64,000 bases of DNA from Nitrosopumilus sp. (GCA_963667665.2 OY763927.2:1088001-1152000); one strand, 5' to 3'; positions 1 to 10,443 are shown, counted from the first letter of the stretch. Numbers and translations are program-made. Notes: generated from the sequence alone by a model not told the origin.

Positions 1-475
1 TACCAGTATCAGCCACATACACAGTTTCATTGTTTACTGCTATTCCATTTGGAAAGAAAAGTTGGCCATTCTGTTTTCCTTTTTCTCCCCATTCTGCTAT
101 GAATTCTCCATCTAGTGAAAACTTTTGGATTCTATTCAAATCACGGTCTGCAACAAAAACAGATTCACCAGATACTGCAATTCCTGATGGATAATGAAAT
201 TCACCGGATTGTTTTCCACTGTTTCCCCATTCAGAAATGTATTCGCCGTTGCTTGAGAATTTCTGAACACGTTTGTTTCCCAAATCACTTACATAGATAC
301 TTCCATCATCACCTACTGCAATAAATTGAGGGTATGAAAAGTGTCCAGACTGTGCAATTCCAAATGAACCCCATTCAGAGATAAAGTCATAATCTCCTAA
401 CCCAAAGGAACTCTGGGCAAAAGAATTAGATAATAAAAATACAGAAAATACCATTACTGCAAGGAATAATTTCAT
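1..475 (-). CDS. Secreted NHL-repeat (beta-propeller) protein, 5' part only; continues beyond the window edge
   Basis: Manual translation from ATG at 475: MKLFLAVMVFSVFLLSNSFA signal peptide, then repeated WG..G...G.F..P.GIAV....VYV.D..N.RVQKF units. Confidence 0.85.
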   Translation of the reverse strand, partial: MKLFLAVMVFSVFLLSNSFAQSSFGLGDYDFISEWGSFGIAQSGHFSYPQFIAVGDDGSIYVSDLGNKRVQKFSSNGEYISEWGNSGKQSGEFHYPSGIAVSGESVFVADRDLNRIQKFSLDGEFIAEWGEKGKQNGQLFFPNGIAVNNETVYVADTG

Positions 476-546
476 CAAATTATGATGACAAAATCAGAGA
501 AACACAACCATTGTTTGAAAATGCAACAATTTTTGTCAACTTTCTG

Positions 547-1332
547 TCAAAATGGCTTGTTTACTTCACGCGTAAACACATAGCTTGCAAGACCAATCAT
601 TACAAACACAAACACAAAGAGAACTCCAAGGCTAAGCAGTATTGGAACCCCCCCTTCAGATACACCGGTCATCATCTCTCTTACAAGCAAAATAGTATAG
701 GTAACAGGATTTAGTTTTGCAATTGTTGCAAGCCAATCTGGTAATAATTCCAATGGGAATAATGCAGGACTTATCATAAACAATGGCATTCCAAGAAAAT
801 TAATCACGCCCCAAAATGTTTCTTGAGACTTTGCAGTAGCTGCAACCATTACAGAAATTCCAGAGAATCCCAATGAAAATAAAATTACAATTGCCATGAT
901 TGGTGCAATCATTAATGGATTTGGGAAAGTAACACCTATTGCCAAAGCAATTCCTATAATCAAACTAGCTTGCAAAGCTGAAATCAAAGAAATTGCAGAC
1001 ATTTTTCCTAGAGCAATTGCAGAACGAGAAATTGGAGAAGTTAATGCCTTATTCATAAAACCATACCGCCTATCCCATAAAGTATTGACACCTCCAAAAA
1101 TACTAGTAAAAATTGCTGTGAGAACAATTACACCGGGTGTCATAAATTCAATATAGTCTCCTTGAAAACCAACGGATTGAATTAGTGGTTGAGTTCCTGA
1201 AAAAGTATTTCCAATCACTATAATCCAAATAGCAGGTTGGATTAATCGAATTAAAACGCCACTCCGAGATTTTTGATATCTCTTAATCTCCCTCCAAAAA
1301 ATCGTATAAGTATCATACATCAAGGTATTCAT
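547..1332 (-). CDS. ABC-2 type exporter permease (DrrB-like)
   Basis: About 6 TM segments, DRRYG and P.WL..IAKLNP.TY motifs; overlaps the upstream ATPase gene. Confidence 0.9.
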   Translation of the reverse strand: MNTLMYDTYTIFWREIKRYQKSRSGVLIRLIQPAIWIIVIGNTFSGTQPLIQSVGFQGDYIEFMTPGVIVLTAIFTSIFGGVNTLWDRRYGFMNKALTSPISRSAIALGKMSAISLISALQASLIIGIALAIGVTFPNPLMIAPIMAIVILFSLGFSGISVMVAATAKSQETFWGVINFLGMPLFMISPALFPLELLPDWLATIAKLNPVTYTILLVREMMTGVSEGGVPILLSLGVLFVFVFVMIGLASYVFTREVNKPF

Positions 1333-2324
1333 GCACGTAACCTCTTCATCTTTGCATGTTCACGCTTTCGATTGAATCCAGAATCATCATCTCTAATTTC
1401 ATGTCCAGTGTAAGAGATGAATACATCATCAAGTGTTGGTTCAGTAAGCGAGATAGAAGTAATTTTTATTTTAAGTTCTGATGAAATCTGAAAAATTTTT
1501 GGAATAACTTCAGTTCCATTTGATGCAAAAAGAGTAAGTTTAGATCCATCCCCATTGATCTTCGTGACAAATTCAATTTTTTTAAGTTCAGACAAAAAGG
1601 AAGTATGATTTTCTCCTTCTAAAATAATTGAAATAACCTCATTACCCATTGCTTTTTTCATATTTTCTGGAGAATCAATTACCTGAATCTTTCCACCATC
1701 AATTATTCCAATTCTGTCACATAGTTTGTCTGCCTCTTCCATGTAGTGAGTAGTAAGAAATATTGTAATCTCAAATTCATCATGAATTTTTTTGATATAT
1801 TGCCAAATTTTCCTACGAGTTTGTATATCCAACCCAACTGTAGGCTCATCGAGAAATAACACTTTTGGTCTATGCAAAAGACCACCTGCAATATCCAATC
1901 TTTTTCTCATGCCACCAGAATAGGTGCCAACTGTTTTGTCTTGTTTGTCTGTTAGTTCGATTAATTCCAAGAGTTCATCAATTCTTTTGTTGATTTCATT
2001 TTTTGGGATGTGATTAAGTTTTGCTTGAAGCATAAGATTTTCTCTTCCAGTTAGATACTCATCAACAGTTGTTTCTTGTTGGACATATCCAATATTTTCT
2101 CGGACTTTTTTTGCATTTGTCATTACATCAAACCCACAAATCATAGCTTGCCCAGATGTTGGTTTTAGTAATGTAGTGAGAATCATTATTGTAGTACTTT
2201 TTCCAGCTCCATTAGGTCCCAAGAATCCAAAGATCTCCCCAGGTTTTACGGAAAGAGAAATATCGTTAACAGCAATTACATCTCCAAATAACTTTGTGAG
2301 GGATTTTAGTTCTATTGAGTTCAA
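1329..2324 (-). CDS. ABC exporter ATP-binding subunit (DrrA-like)
   Basis: Walker A GPNGAGKS, signature YSGGM, Walker B LFLDEPT; likely TTG start at 2324 (track extends to 2345). Confidence 0.92.
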   Translation of the reverse strand: MNSIELKSLTKLFGDVIAVNDISLSVKPGEIFGFLGPNGAGKSTTIMILTTLLKPTSGQAMICGFDVMTNAKKVRENIGYVQQETTVDEYLTGRENLMLQAKLNHIPKNEINKRIDELLELIELTDKQDKTVGTYSGGMRKRLDIAGGLLHRPKVLFLDEPTVGLDIQTRRKIWQYIKKIHDEFEITIFLTTHYMEEADKLCDRIGIIDGGKIQVIDSPENMKKAMGNEVISIILEGENHTSFLSELKKIEFVTKINGDGSKLTLFASNGTEVIPKIFQISSELKIKITSISLTEPTLDDVFISYTGHEIRDDDSGFNRKREHAKMKRLRA

Positions 2325-2416
2325 TACAATGATCGCATTTCTCAATTATAAATTGCTAAGTATTGATCAAGTAGATCATCATAAAAAATTTAAAGCGCAA
2401 TTTGAGAATTTACTTT

Positions 2417-2515
2417 ATGAAAGGACTCTGTCAGAAATGTCACTCATCAAATGTAGAAATAACAGTTCAGGAAGGAATTCCTGTTTGTGATGTATGTAAT
2501 AAAAAAACAGATTAA
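2417..2515 (+). CDS. 32-aa zinc-ribbon microprotein (MKGLCQKCHSSNVEITVQEGIPVCDVCNKKTD)
   Basis: Two CxxC motifs; TTTAAA box about 25 nt upstream; below the ORF-track cutoff. Confidence 0.6.
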   Translation: MKGLCQKCHSSNVEITVQEGIPVCDVCNKKTD

Positions 2516-2554
2516 TCAAAAAATGTTATTTTGAAAAAAGAAGTTTAAAAGAAG

Positions 2555-2986
2555 TTATTCAATTTTTTTGAATTCTTCTTTGGTCATTCCTAAAATGACT
2601 TTTTCTCCTATTCCCCAAATTTCTGATTTGGATAGGATTTTTGAATGCATCAAACCATCAGATACTTCAATTGATTCTAATTCATTAGTATCAGGATGTC
2701 TGTGTAATCGCTTTACTTTACCAATTTTATGACTGTCAATATCAACAACTGGGATTCCTGTTCTAACAGGAGGTCTGCTTAGAAGTAATGTTTCTTCAGA
2801 AAATTTGTCAATGTAATCATCTGAAAGATAGTAGTCTTTGTTGAATCCTTGGTGAATTGTCACACCACATACAGTTAGTGTGTCTTGGTTAATGTGTATG
2901 TGTTTGACTTTGCCATATTCAATTCCCTCTCGGTCTATGACTTTTTTTCCAGTAAAGGAATCTGCAGTAGCTAATTTTGAAGGCAT
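2555..2986 (-). CDS. Tandem PRC-barrel domain protein
   Basis: Two GKKVID.EG..YGKV / GIPVVDIDSHKIGKV units; ATG at 2986 avoids overlap with the divergent gene. Confidence 0.8.
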   Translation of the reverse strand: MPSKLATADSFTGKKVIDREGIEYGKVKHIHINQDTLTVCGVTIHQGFNKDYYLSDDYIDKFSEETLLLSRPPVRTGIPVVDIDSHKIGKVKRLHRHPDTNELESIEVSDGLMHSKILSKSEIWGIGEKVILGMTKEEFKKIE

Positions 2987-3095
2987 TCCTTCTAGTTTAA
3001 CTGACATTATCTGAAATGAACAGATTTGCTTATCATGCCAAATATCAGAAATTTCTTGCAATGGAGTTAAATTACTTGACAGAAAAAAATCACAT

Positions 3096-3419
3096 ATGGA
3101 AATTAAAGAGGATTTGTTTCGACCAATTCTTACCACAAGAGGAAGAATCACAGGAAAGCAGCATTCAATTATGCTTAGAGCAGTCAACTATAATGGAAAA
3201 ATCTACTTTTCAAGACATCTTCCAGATGGGGACTGGTTCAAAAATGCATTAACAAATTCTGAAGTTAAAATAGAATACAACAATTTTATTTTTTCAGGAA
3301 AAGCAAAGTTAGTAACAGATGAAGAATTAAGTAAAAAAATTTCTCAACTAAAATATCCGGGAGAAAAAAGAGCAAAAGAGAAAAGAGTGACAATTGAAGT
3401 CACATTAAATTCTACATAA
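3096..3419 (+). CDS. Deazaflavin (F420)-dependent oxidoreductase / nitroreductase-family split-barrel protein
   Basis: LTTRGRITGK and DWFKNAL..SEVKI motifs typical of the DDN family. Confidence 0.7.
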   Translation: MEIKEDLFRPILTTRGRITGKQHSIMLRAVNYNGKIYFSRHLPDGDWFKNALTNSEVKIEYNNFIFSGKAKLVTDEELSKKISQLKYPGEKRAKEKRVTIEVTLNST

Positions 3420-3498
3420 ATTATTTTAAACCAGATTTTCAGGGATTTCTATTAGTAGTAAACACTAAATTCTAGCTCTTAAAAAAAGATAGGATGAA

Positions 3499-5709
3499 AT
3501 GAGTTCAAAAGTAGTAATTCCAATAGCAGTAGCCATTTCGGTAATAGTTACAGCAGGAATAATGTATTCAATTGATTTTGATCAACAACCTCAAGTTTCA
3601 CAAACTCCCACCCCAGAAATAATCTATATTGATAAATCAGTATCAGAATATTTTGAAGGTACAGATAATATTAAAAAAATATCATCACAAGAAGAGCTAA
3701 AGAGTATTCTTGAAGCATCAACATTATTTGGAGGAGGCTTCTATGACAATAGATTTCTTACAAGAAACATGGCAATTGAAGAATCAGTAATGTTTGATAG
3801 TGCAGGTTCTGATGGTATGGCAGTTCCTTCCAGTGCGGTAGTTAAAACACAATCTGGCGGGACAGACTATTCAACAACAAATGTTCAAGTTGAAAATGTT
3901 GATGAACCAGACTATCTAAAAAATGATTCAAAATATGTCTACATTGTATCAAGAAATACACTTTCAATAATTGATGCATATCCTGCAGAGTCTGCAAAAT
4001 TAATTCTGAAAATTGCATTAGACATTGAATCACAATATATTCAGAATATGTTCCTAAATGGTGATAGACTAGTAATATTTTACAATGGACAAAGCGATGA
4101 TGAAATAATTCCACAGTTTGACTTTGTTCCACGCCGTTCTTACAGCTCAGTTACACATGCACTAATAATTGATGTCTCAGATAAAGAGAATCCAACTATT
4201 CTCAAAGATTATTCCATTGATGGTCATTTTAGAGACGCACGAATGATTGGAGACTATGCATACTTTGTCACAAACAGTAACGTTGACTATCAATATCCAA
4301 AACTTCCAGTAATTATGGAGAGCTCAGTTAGAATCATGACTCCTGATGCGTTTTACTTTGATAATATAGAACAGTTTTCAAACTTCAACACACTTACTGC
4401 AATTGACATATTTGGAGATACAGTAAATTCTGAGACATTCCTTATGGGGCATAGTGGATCATTTTATGTCTCTGAAGATAATTTTTACTTGACTTACCAA
4501 CAAAGTATGCCATTTGGATTTTATGAGAATTCATCACGAGATAGATTTTTTGATGTTATTGTTCCATTATTATCAAATGATATTCAAAATGAAATCATAG
4601 CAATTCAAAATGATTCTTCAAATAATTCTTCTGCACAGTGGGTAAAAATCTCAGAATTAATGCAAAAGTCATACAATGAAATGGATAAAAACGAAAAAGA
4701 AAAATTATTTGAAAAAATCAAAGAGGCACTAAACGAATATGATACAAAAATTCAGGAAGAGGCAAGAAAAACAATTATTCACAAAATATCAATTGATGAA
4801 GATAAAATAGAATATGTTGCTAAAGGCTCAGTTCCAGGTAGACTGCTAAACCAATTCTCAATGGACCAAAGTGGAGATAGATTCAGAGTTGCAACTACCA
4901 CGGAATACTATACACAGTATCAAGGAACAATTCGTGCAAATGCAGTTTACATCTTAGATGAACAGCTTAACATTGTAGGAGGACTAGACCAGATTGCGCC
5001 TGATGAGAGTATTTTTTCTGCAAGATTCATTGAAGATAGACTTTACTTGGTAACATTCCAACAAATTGATCCATTTTTTGTAATTGATTTATCAACGGAT
5101 ACTCCAAAAATTCTAGGAGAATTAAAAATTCCAGGATTTTCAAATTATTTGCATCCATATGATGAAGAACACATTATTGGAATCGGAAGAGATACAAAAG
5201 AAATAGGAGAAGGCAGAGTTCAGCAATTAGGAATCAAAATTGCATTGTTTAATGTTGCAGATATCAACAATCCTAAAGTTGCAGATGACATAATCATTGG
5301 TGATAGTTCTACTTATTCTGAGGCATTAAACAACCATAAGGCATTCTTCTTTGATAAAACAAGAGGAGTTCTCTCAATTCCAATTAGCGGAGATGTAGAA
5401 AGTCTGGATGGATTATCTAGTTCTAAGATGTTTGCACCAGAGTTTAATCGCTGGAATGGATTCTATGTATTTGATTTGGATAGTTCAAATGGATTTGACC
5501 TTAAAGGAACAATAACTCATTCTGCGGATGATTCACGTTATTATGGAATGGGAAATGCAAGAACATTCTATATTGATGATGTCTTGTATACAGCATCTGA
5601 GGGATATCTAAAGATGAATGTCTTTAATAATCTAGAAGAAATTAATTCAATCAAACTAGAAAACACCGGAAAATTTATCGATTATCTTGAAGAAGAGATT
5701 CTGCGTTAA
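3499..5709 (+). CDS. Membrane-anchored secreted beta-propeller domain protein
   Basis: N-terminal TM; YSTTNVQVENVDEPD, LLNQFSMD, LYLVTFQQIDPFFVIDL and GELKIPGFSNYLHP motifs. Confidence 0.85.
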   Translation: MSSKVVIPIAVAISVIVTAGIMYSIDFDQQPQVSQTPTPEIIYIDKSVSEYFEGTDNIKKISSQEELKSILEASTLFGGGFYDNRFLTRNMAIEESVMFDSAGSDGMAVPSSAVVKTQSGGTDYSTTNVQVENVDEPDYLKNDSKYVYIVSRNTLSIIDAYPAESAKLILKIALDIESQYIQNMFLNGDRLVIFYNGQSDDEIIPQFDFVPRRSYSSVTHALIIDVSDKENPTILKDYSIDGHFRDARMIGDYAYFVTNSNVDYQYPKLPVIMESSVRIMTPDAFYFDNIEQFSNFNTLTAIDIFGDTVNSETFLMGHSGSFYVSEDNFYLTYQQSMPFGFYENSSRDRFFDVIVPLLSNDIQNEIIAIQNDSSNNSSAQWVKISELMQKSYNEMDKNEKEKLFEKIKEALNEYDTKIQEEARKTIIHKISIDEDKIEYVAKGSVPGRLLNQFSMDQSGDRFRVATTTEYYTQYQGTIRANAVYILDEQLNIVGGLDQIAPDESIFSARFIEDRLYLVTFQQIDPFFVIDLSTDTPKILGELKIPGFSNYLHPYDEEHIIGIGRDTKEIGEGRVQQLGIKIALFNVADINNPKVADDIIIGDSSTYSEALNNHKAFFFDKTRGVLSIPISGDVESLDGLSSSKMFAPEFNRWNGFYVFDLDSSNGFDLKGTITHSADDSRYYGMGNARTFYIDDVLYTASEGYLKMNVFNNLEEINSIKLENTGKFIDYLEEEILR

Positions 5710-5710
5710 G

Positions 5711-6355
5711 TCATATTAGATGAACTATTGTTGTATGTCCTCGTTTATCAAATTCAACATCGTTCTCAACTTCAATAACAGTTACCGTAAAGGAGATAAC
5801 GTCACGTGGTTTGGCATTTTCTGCATAAAGTTTTAGATGGATATCCAACATTTCTAATTCTTCTGTTGGTAAATTAGTTTCATCAAAATATGCTCCACAA
5901 GTAGATTCTATTCTAAATCTATCATCTTTAAAATGAAATCCTAGTTTCATTTTTCTTCCTTTTCTTCCACTTGCTTTAACAACTACATCAAGGATTCCAG
6001 GTTTTGTCTCAGTGTAGCTTGATTTGTTATTTAGAAAAACTCCAATCTCTAGTGGTTTGCCGGCAGTTGATTCTGCCATCTTTTGGATTCCATCATTCAT
6101 TACAATATCGACTGCTTTGATAGATTGAGCAATCTTTGCAATCCATTCATTTGTTCTTGTAATGGTTGCATTAATTCCTGCACGCCTTCGTTTATCTTCA
6201 TCCTCAGGTAATTTGTAATAATCAACCCATTCTATGTAATTATGAGAAATATCTTCGATGAAATCAATGCATGTTCGTCTGTATTCATCGACATTATCAG
6301 TTCTCTCTGATGCATCATCAGTTCTTATACCGTCATAATCCATTGGCATTGCCAT
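5711..6355 (-). CDS. Hypothetical protein
   Basis: 214-aa ORF with typical composition; fits the space between neighbours. Confidence 0.75.
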   Translation of the reverse strand: MAMPMDYDGIRTDDASERTDNVDEYRRTCIDFIEDISHNYIEWVDYYKLPEDEDKRRRAGINATITRTNEWIAKIAQSIKAVDIVMNDGIQKMAESTAGKPLEIGVFLNNKSSYTETKPGILDVVVKASGRKGRKMKLGFHFKDDRFRIESTCGAYFDETNLPTEELEMLDIHLKLYAENAKPRDVISFTVTVIEVENDVEFDKRGHTTIVHLI

Positions 6356-6436
6356 ATTCTAGTTTTAAACGAAGTTCTAAAAAAACCAATCCTGAAGTAA
6401 AATTAATGATTATAAAAGGAATTTTCATGATATACA

Positions 6437-6919
6437 ATGATGATATTTTCTGAATTAACGTCTGATCTTCAGGTTCAACTAAAAAGAGACATGGCACAAA
6501 TTAGATTTCTTCTAAAGAAAAATCAAGGTACGGCATATGCTAGAATTGTGGAGATTGGAAAAGAAGTTGGTAAAAAATACAATATCAAACTGATAGTAAA
6601 CTTTCCAAAAGAGGGAAGGATTGATGAATTTGATATGTATGGAAAAAGAGATTTGAGTCTGATTATTGATTATGATAGAAAGAGATTCCCCATAGATAGA
6701 GAATTAATCAAACAAAAGGCAAAAGACACACTCGGAGATATACAAACTGAGGATGCCTACATGTATGAAGATAAAGAAGGAGTCAGAGTATTCACAAAGG
6801 ATTGGAAGATTGACATCTTGCCTCATTCATTACACATCTGGACAGAATTTAATGAAAATGTAACAGCATTTTGTGATTGGTTAATGGAAAATGTTTACCA
6901 AATGAAAAAGATGGAATAA
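6437..6919 (+). CDS. Hypothetical protein
   Basis: 160-aa ORF divergent from the previous gene. Confidence 0.75.
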   Translation: MMIFSELTSDLQVQLKRDMAQIRFLLKKNQGTAYARIVEIGKEVGKKYNIKLIVNFPKEGRIDEFDMYGKRDLSLIIDYDRKRFPIDRELIKQKAKDTLGDIQTEDAYMYEDKEGVRVFTKDWKIDILPHSLHIWTEFNENVTAFCDWLMENVYQMKKME

Positions 6920-6928
6920 TTTTATCAA

Positions 6929-7288
6929 TTAGAGATTTTCAAGTTCTTCAAGTAATTCTTTGGCCTCATAGTTTTTTGGCTCTAGTTCCATAATTCTCTT
7001 ACAACAAACGATTGCCTCATCTTTCTGTTGTAGATCCAAATGAACATCAGTTTTGATTTTAAGTAATTCAACATCATTATTGTCTAGTTGAACTGCTTTT
7101 TCAAAATATGGAAGTGCTTTTTTGGATTCTTCTAAAATTACATAGGCTCCACCCACTATGAACATAAAATCAGGATCATCAGATAATTTAGATTCTAAAG
7201 TACTTGCAAATTCAAGGGCTTCTACATATTCACCATCTCTGATTAATTTTTTCAGACGACGTTTTGGATATCTAAAAAGACTTACCAT
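6929..7288 (-). CDS. TPR-repeat protein
   Basis: G.AY..L....KAL.YFEKAVQLD and EAI.CCKRIMELEPKN TPR patterns. Confidence 0.8.
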   Translation of the reverse strand: MVSLFRYPKRRLKKLIRDGEYVEALEFASTLESKLSDDPDFMFIVGGAYVILEESKKALPYFEKAVQLDNNDVELLKIKTDVHLDLQQKDEAIVCCKRIMELEPKNYEAKELLEELENL

Positions 7289-7339
7289 TATTGTTACGTT
7301 ATTTTTTGAAAGATTTTATCAATTTGAATGTAGGTAATT

Positions 7340-8809
7340 TTAGGAAGAAATGCTCATAATTCCTTCTTGAATTAAGAATTGAATTCCCCCAACAAAGGAG
7401 TCATCATCAATTGAACCATCTGCCCACCAGCCTGCGTTATTTTTAATCCATGATGGGATTTCATTTGATCCAGAACTAGTGCCTTGAGTAGTTGAAGGGA
7501 TTTGCATTATTCCTTCTTGAATTAAGAATTGAATTCCTTGAACAAATGAAGAGTCATCAATTGAACCATCTGCCCACCATCCTGCGTTATTTTTAATCCA
7601 TGATGGAATTTCACGGACTACTGGAGTTTCTCCTTCAAAGAGAGGATTATCGTCGATTTGAATTTCTACAATAGCATATCCGCCCAATTTGGCATCAGGT
7701 ACTTGGTATTCAGGTCCTGTACCATGAACAAATATGGCATAGCGGACAAGTCCTGCATTTTCTTTTCCTGGAAGAACAAGATGAACCTGACCGAATCCAT
7801 TAAACAAGTCATTTCGCCCAAGGTCTTCTGCATATGAGCGCAATCTGTTGCCATCCTCATCTACAACCCAAATATCATAATGAACTTGATCAATAAATTC
7901 AACATCATTATATGGATTCATGAAGTTAATTCTCCAGTCAATAGAACAACCTTCCATAGGGAATTCTGGAGCATAATTGTACTGAATCAAAATGGTGTTT
8001 GTGTTTGTATTAACATGTTTGCCAACATGATCAGAAAAGTCTGTATCACATCCCGACAACTCTACTGGTGGTATTGTTTCTTCATGATCTTTGAAAGGAT
8101 CAACCGTTACATTTTCTTTGTAATCTAACAAAGTGTATTGATGCATAATTGGAGGAATGCCTGTTGTAATCCAAGTATAAGTTAATGCTTTAACAGGATA
8201 AGGAAAATCATCTACTATCCAAATGTAATTCCAATTACCACTTTTCCAACCAACAACAACTGTATCAACAGTTCCCGCAGGAATAGATATTGTTTCTACT
8301 CGGTCTGGAATTAATTGAGCACCACCAATGGCTCCTATCTTTCCCCATGCAGGAGATTTGAAATCTTGTGGGCCATGAATTCTATCACCTTCACTTCCAG
8401 TAGCAAAAGCACCCAACCAAGCCAAGGAAGATTTGAATGCTATAGCATAATCAAAAAGATCATCATCAAATGTTATAGGTTCAGGAGAAGTTTCCCCAAG
8501 ACCCATTGAACCTATGATAATCTTATTGCCATCAATGACTTCAATTTTTGCATCCCACAATGTTTCAGATTCATATGGTATTGTTCCCTTGATCCACATT
8601 TTCAATTTAATGGGTGCACAATCATTAAGATCAATTTCACATAAAGAATACTCAAAATAATCTCCAGCTTTTAGACCCTCACCCAAATACCATGAACCTT
8701 CAACATCAACACCACCTGCGGTACCAGCACCTTGACCATAAGAAAGATTTGAAAACCCAAAACTGGATAGAATAGTCAATAACATTAATGCAATAATGAA
8801 CTGGTTCAT
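7340..8809 (-). CDS. Secreted protein with two C-terminal IPSWIKNNAGWWADG modules (thaumarchaeal surface-protein motif)
   Basis: Signal peptide; tandem EIPSWIKNNAGWWADGSIDD.SFV.GIQFLIQEGIM repeat at the C-terminus. Confidence 0.85.
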   Translation of the reverse strand: MNQFIIALMLLTILSSFGFSNLSYGQGAGTAGGVDVEGSWYLGEGLKAGDYFEYSLCEIDLNDCAPIKLKMWIKGTIPYESETLWDAKIEVIDGNKIIIGSMGLGETSPEPITFDDDLFDYAIAFKSSLAWLGAFATGSEGDRIHGPQDFKSPAWGKIGAIGGAQLIPDRVETISIPAGTVDTVVVGWKSGNWNYIWIVDDFPYPVKALTYTWITTGIPPIMHQYTLLDYKENVTVDPFKDHEETIPPVELSGCDTDFSDHVGKHVNTNTNTILIQYNYAPEFPMEGCSIDWRINFMNPYNDVEFIDQVHYDIWVVDEDGNRLRSYAEDLGRNDLFNGFGQVHLVLPGKENAGLVRYAIFVHGTGPEYQVPDAKLGGYAIVEIQIDDNPLFEGETPVVREIPSWIKNNAGWWADGSIDDSSFVQGIQFLIQEGIMQIPSTTQGTSSGSNEIPSWIKNNAGWWADGSIDDDSFVGGIQFLIQEGIMSISS

Positions 8810-8929
8810 AAGAATAATTACGAAATATCCTAGTTAAACGTTATTCAGGTTTGTAAAAAATGATAAAAATGAACAACGATATGTTATTCAAATAAGCAAA
8901 TATAGAGGAAAATTTACAAAGATTCAGAA

Positions 8930-9097
8930 ATGTGTGAGTGCTCAAAAGTTCACTTGTATGAAGTAGAGTTCAAATTGGATGGAATGACAGTAGTTCCAAC
9001 TCACAAGAATTGTGGATTTTCATTAGATGAAAAACAAGCAGACAAGTTCCAAAAAGAATTAGTAAAGTCATGGGGCTTTGAGGAAGAAGACGATTAA
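8930..9097 (+). CDS. 55-aa Cys/His microprotein (MCECSKVHLYEVEF...HKNCG...)
   Basis: Manual translation; CxC and HxxC motifs, acidic tail; fills the intergenic gap. Confidence 0.65.
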   Translation: MCECSKVHLYEVEFKLDGMTVVPTHKNCGFSLDEKQADKFQKELVKSWGFEEEDD

Positions 9098-9133
9098 TTT
9101 TAAAAAATAAAAATTAGATTGTAAGTAGCTATC

Positions 9134-9283
9134 TTATTTTGACAATTGTCCTACAGCTTCTTTACAAACGTCAGTTGAACATTTGCAATCTGCACTGCAT
9201 ATACAATGACCTTGCATTGCACAATCACATGAGTAATCAGGATCGCCGCTATCTGCTTCGCAACCACATGCTTGATCTACCAT
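9134..9283 (-). CDS. 49-aa metallothionein-like protein
   Basis: MVDQACGCEADSGDPDYSCDCAMQGHCICSADCKCSTDVCKEAVGQLSK: 9 Cys, four CxC pairs; TTTTAAAA box upstream. Confidence 0.7.
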   Translation of the reverse strand: MVDQACGCEADSGDPDYSCDCAMQGHCICSADCKCSTDVCKEAVGQLSK

Positions 9284-9336
9284 AGGAGATCAGTCATTCT
9301 ACTTGTTTTAAAAGGTTGGTACAAGAGACTAGAATA

Positions 9337-10221
9337 TTACGCTCCTGAAACTATCTCAAGTATATCATTACAGGATTTTTGGATTTGTTCTGCCTGTTGT
9401 AATAATAGGTTAGAATCAGCTTCAATATCAAAGGCAACCTTCAGAATATGGATTAAATCTTGTTCTCTGTTCAAAGAATTCTTGATTTTTATAAAATTTT
9501 CTTTGTTGAGGTAACAAAAATAGAAATAACAATCAGAAAGCATTGAATTTTCTACAAAGAAATCATGTTTTTGTTGAATAATTTGAGAATGGTTATTTTT
9601 TTCTACCAAATCAGAAAACCCGATTGTGGATTTCAACATACGTTCAAGTAAAGTTAGAGTAGCCCTCTCAATTCCAACTGTTTGAGTGACAACTGAGATG
9701 TATTCATTGATTGAACTTTTTTTTAATTTCCTAAGCAGACCCAACATATGAGAAGGACTAGATCTTTGGTGATTTAGAGAAGATAAGGCATCAGCTAAAT
9801 AGTAAGAAGCACATTTTTGCCAACATGGGGCAAAAACATCAGATGATTGAATTGCTTCTTTAGTTTTTTGACAACAAAACATAGATTCAATCAAACAATT
9901 TTTTGCAAAATCATTAAACAGTGAAGAACGTTTTTTCTCAATTTTGGATAGTAACATTCGCAGTTCCCATGATTCATCTTGGATTATTTGCAAGTTGTCA
10001 TATTGAAGAAGTTTTTGAGATAGTGTTTCAGATAAAGATGCATGATGAATAATTACAAATTCATCTCCAGATTTAACAATTTTTTCTGGTTCTGATTTTT
10101 CATCAAAAGCAACAACATCATAAGGACATGAATCAAAATGAAGATCAGAGATTTGACAACCACCCAAACCAATGGGAAAGTTAGATAATCCATTTTCTGC
10201 TATAAATTTTTCAATATCCAT
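9337..10221 (-). CDS. Hypothetical protein with a degenerate nucleotidyltransferase-like N-terminus
   Basis: GLGG...DSCPYDVVAF resembles the polbeta-type GS...DxD motif; helical C-terminus. Confidence 0.65.
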   Translation of the reverse strand: MDIEKFIAENGLSNFPIGLGGCQISDLHFDSCPYDVVAFDEKSEPEKIVKSGDEFVIIHHASLSETLSQKLLQYDNLQIIQDESWELRMLLSKIEKKRSSLFNDFAKNCLIESMFCCQKTKEAIQSSDVFAPCWQKCASYYLADALSSLNHQRSSPSHMLGLLRKLKKSSINEYISVVTQTVGIERATLTLLERMLKSTIGFSDLVEKNNHSQIIQQKHDFFVENSMLSDCYFYFCYLNKENFIKIKNSLNREQDLIHILKVAFDIEADSNLLLQQAEQIQKSCNDILEIVSGA

Positions 10222-10324
10222 GAAATTAGTATCGTTGATTTTTCTATAAAGGAATCAACTTACAAAATTTTACAAATTCATTCAAGCATTTCCTTTAAAT
10301 TGAGATTGAGATTGTTTTTATCAG

Positions 10325-10399
10325 GCTCCTATAGTGTAGTCCGGTTAAGCATTTTGGCTTCTCAAGCCAAAGACTCGGGTTCAAATCCCGATGGGAGCA
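10325..10399 (+). tRNA. tRNA-Glu (CTC)
   Basis: Acceptor GCTCCTA/TGGGAGC, anticodon stem TTGGC/GCCAA with loop TTCTCAA, T arm GGTTCAAATCC. Confidence 0.95.
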
Positions 10400-10401
10400 T
10401 T
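10384..10401 (+). repeat. attL core AATCCCGATGGGAGCATT
   Basis: Identical to 26241-26258. Confidence 0.9.
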
Positions 10402-10406
10402 ACTCT

Positions 10407-10417
10407 TCAAAGTCTTA
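10407..10417. repeat. Left copy of an 11-bp inverted repeat (TCAAAGTCTTA)
   Basis: Exact reverse complement of TAAGACTTTGA at 26221-26231. Confidence 0.75.
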
Positions 10418-10443
10418 AAATAGATGTATTAGGCATAAAAGTC

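Noticed and set aside
10300-10443. 5' extension of track ORF 10300..10599
   Set aside because: It runs through tRNA-Glu; the plausible start is the ATG at 10444
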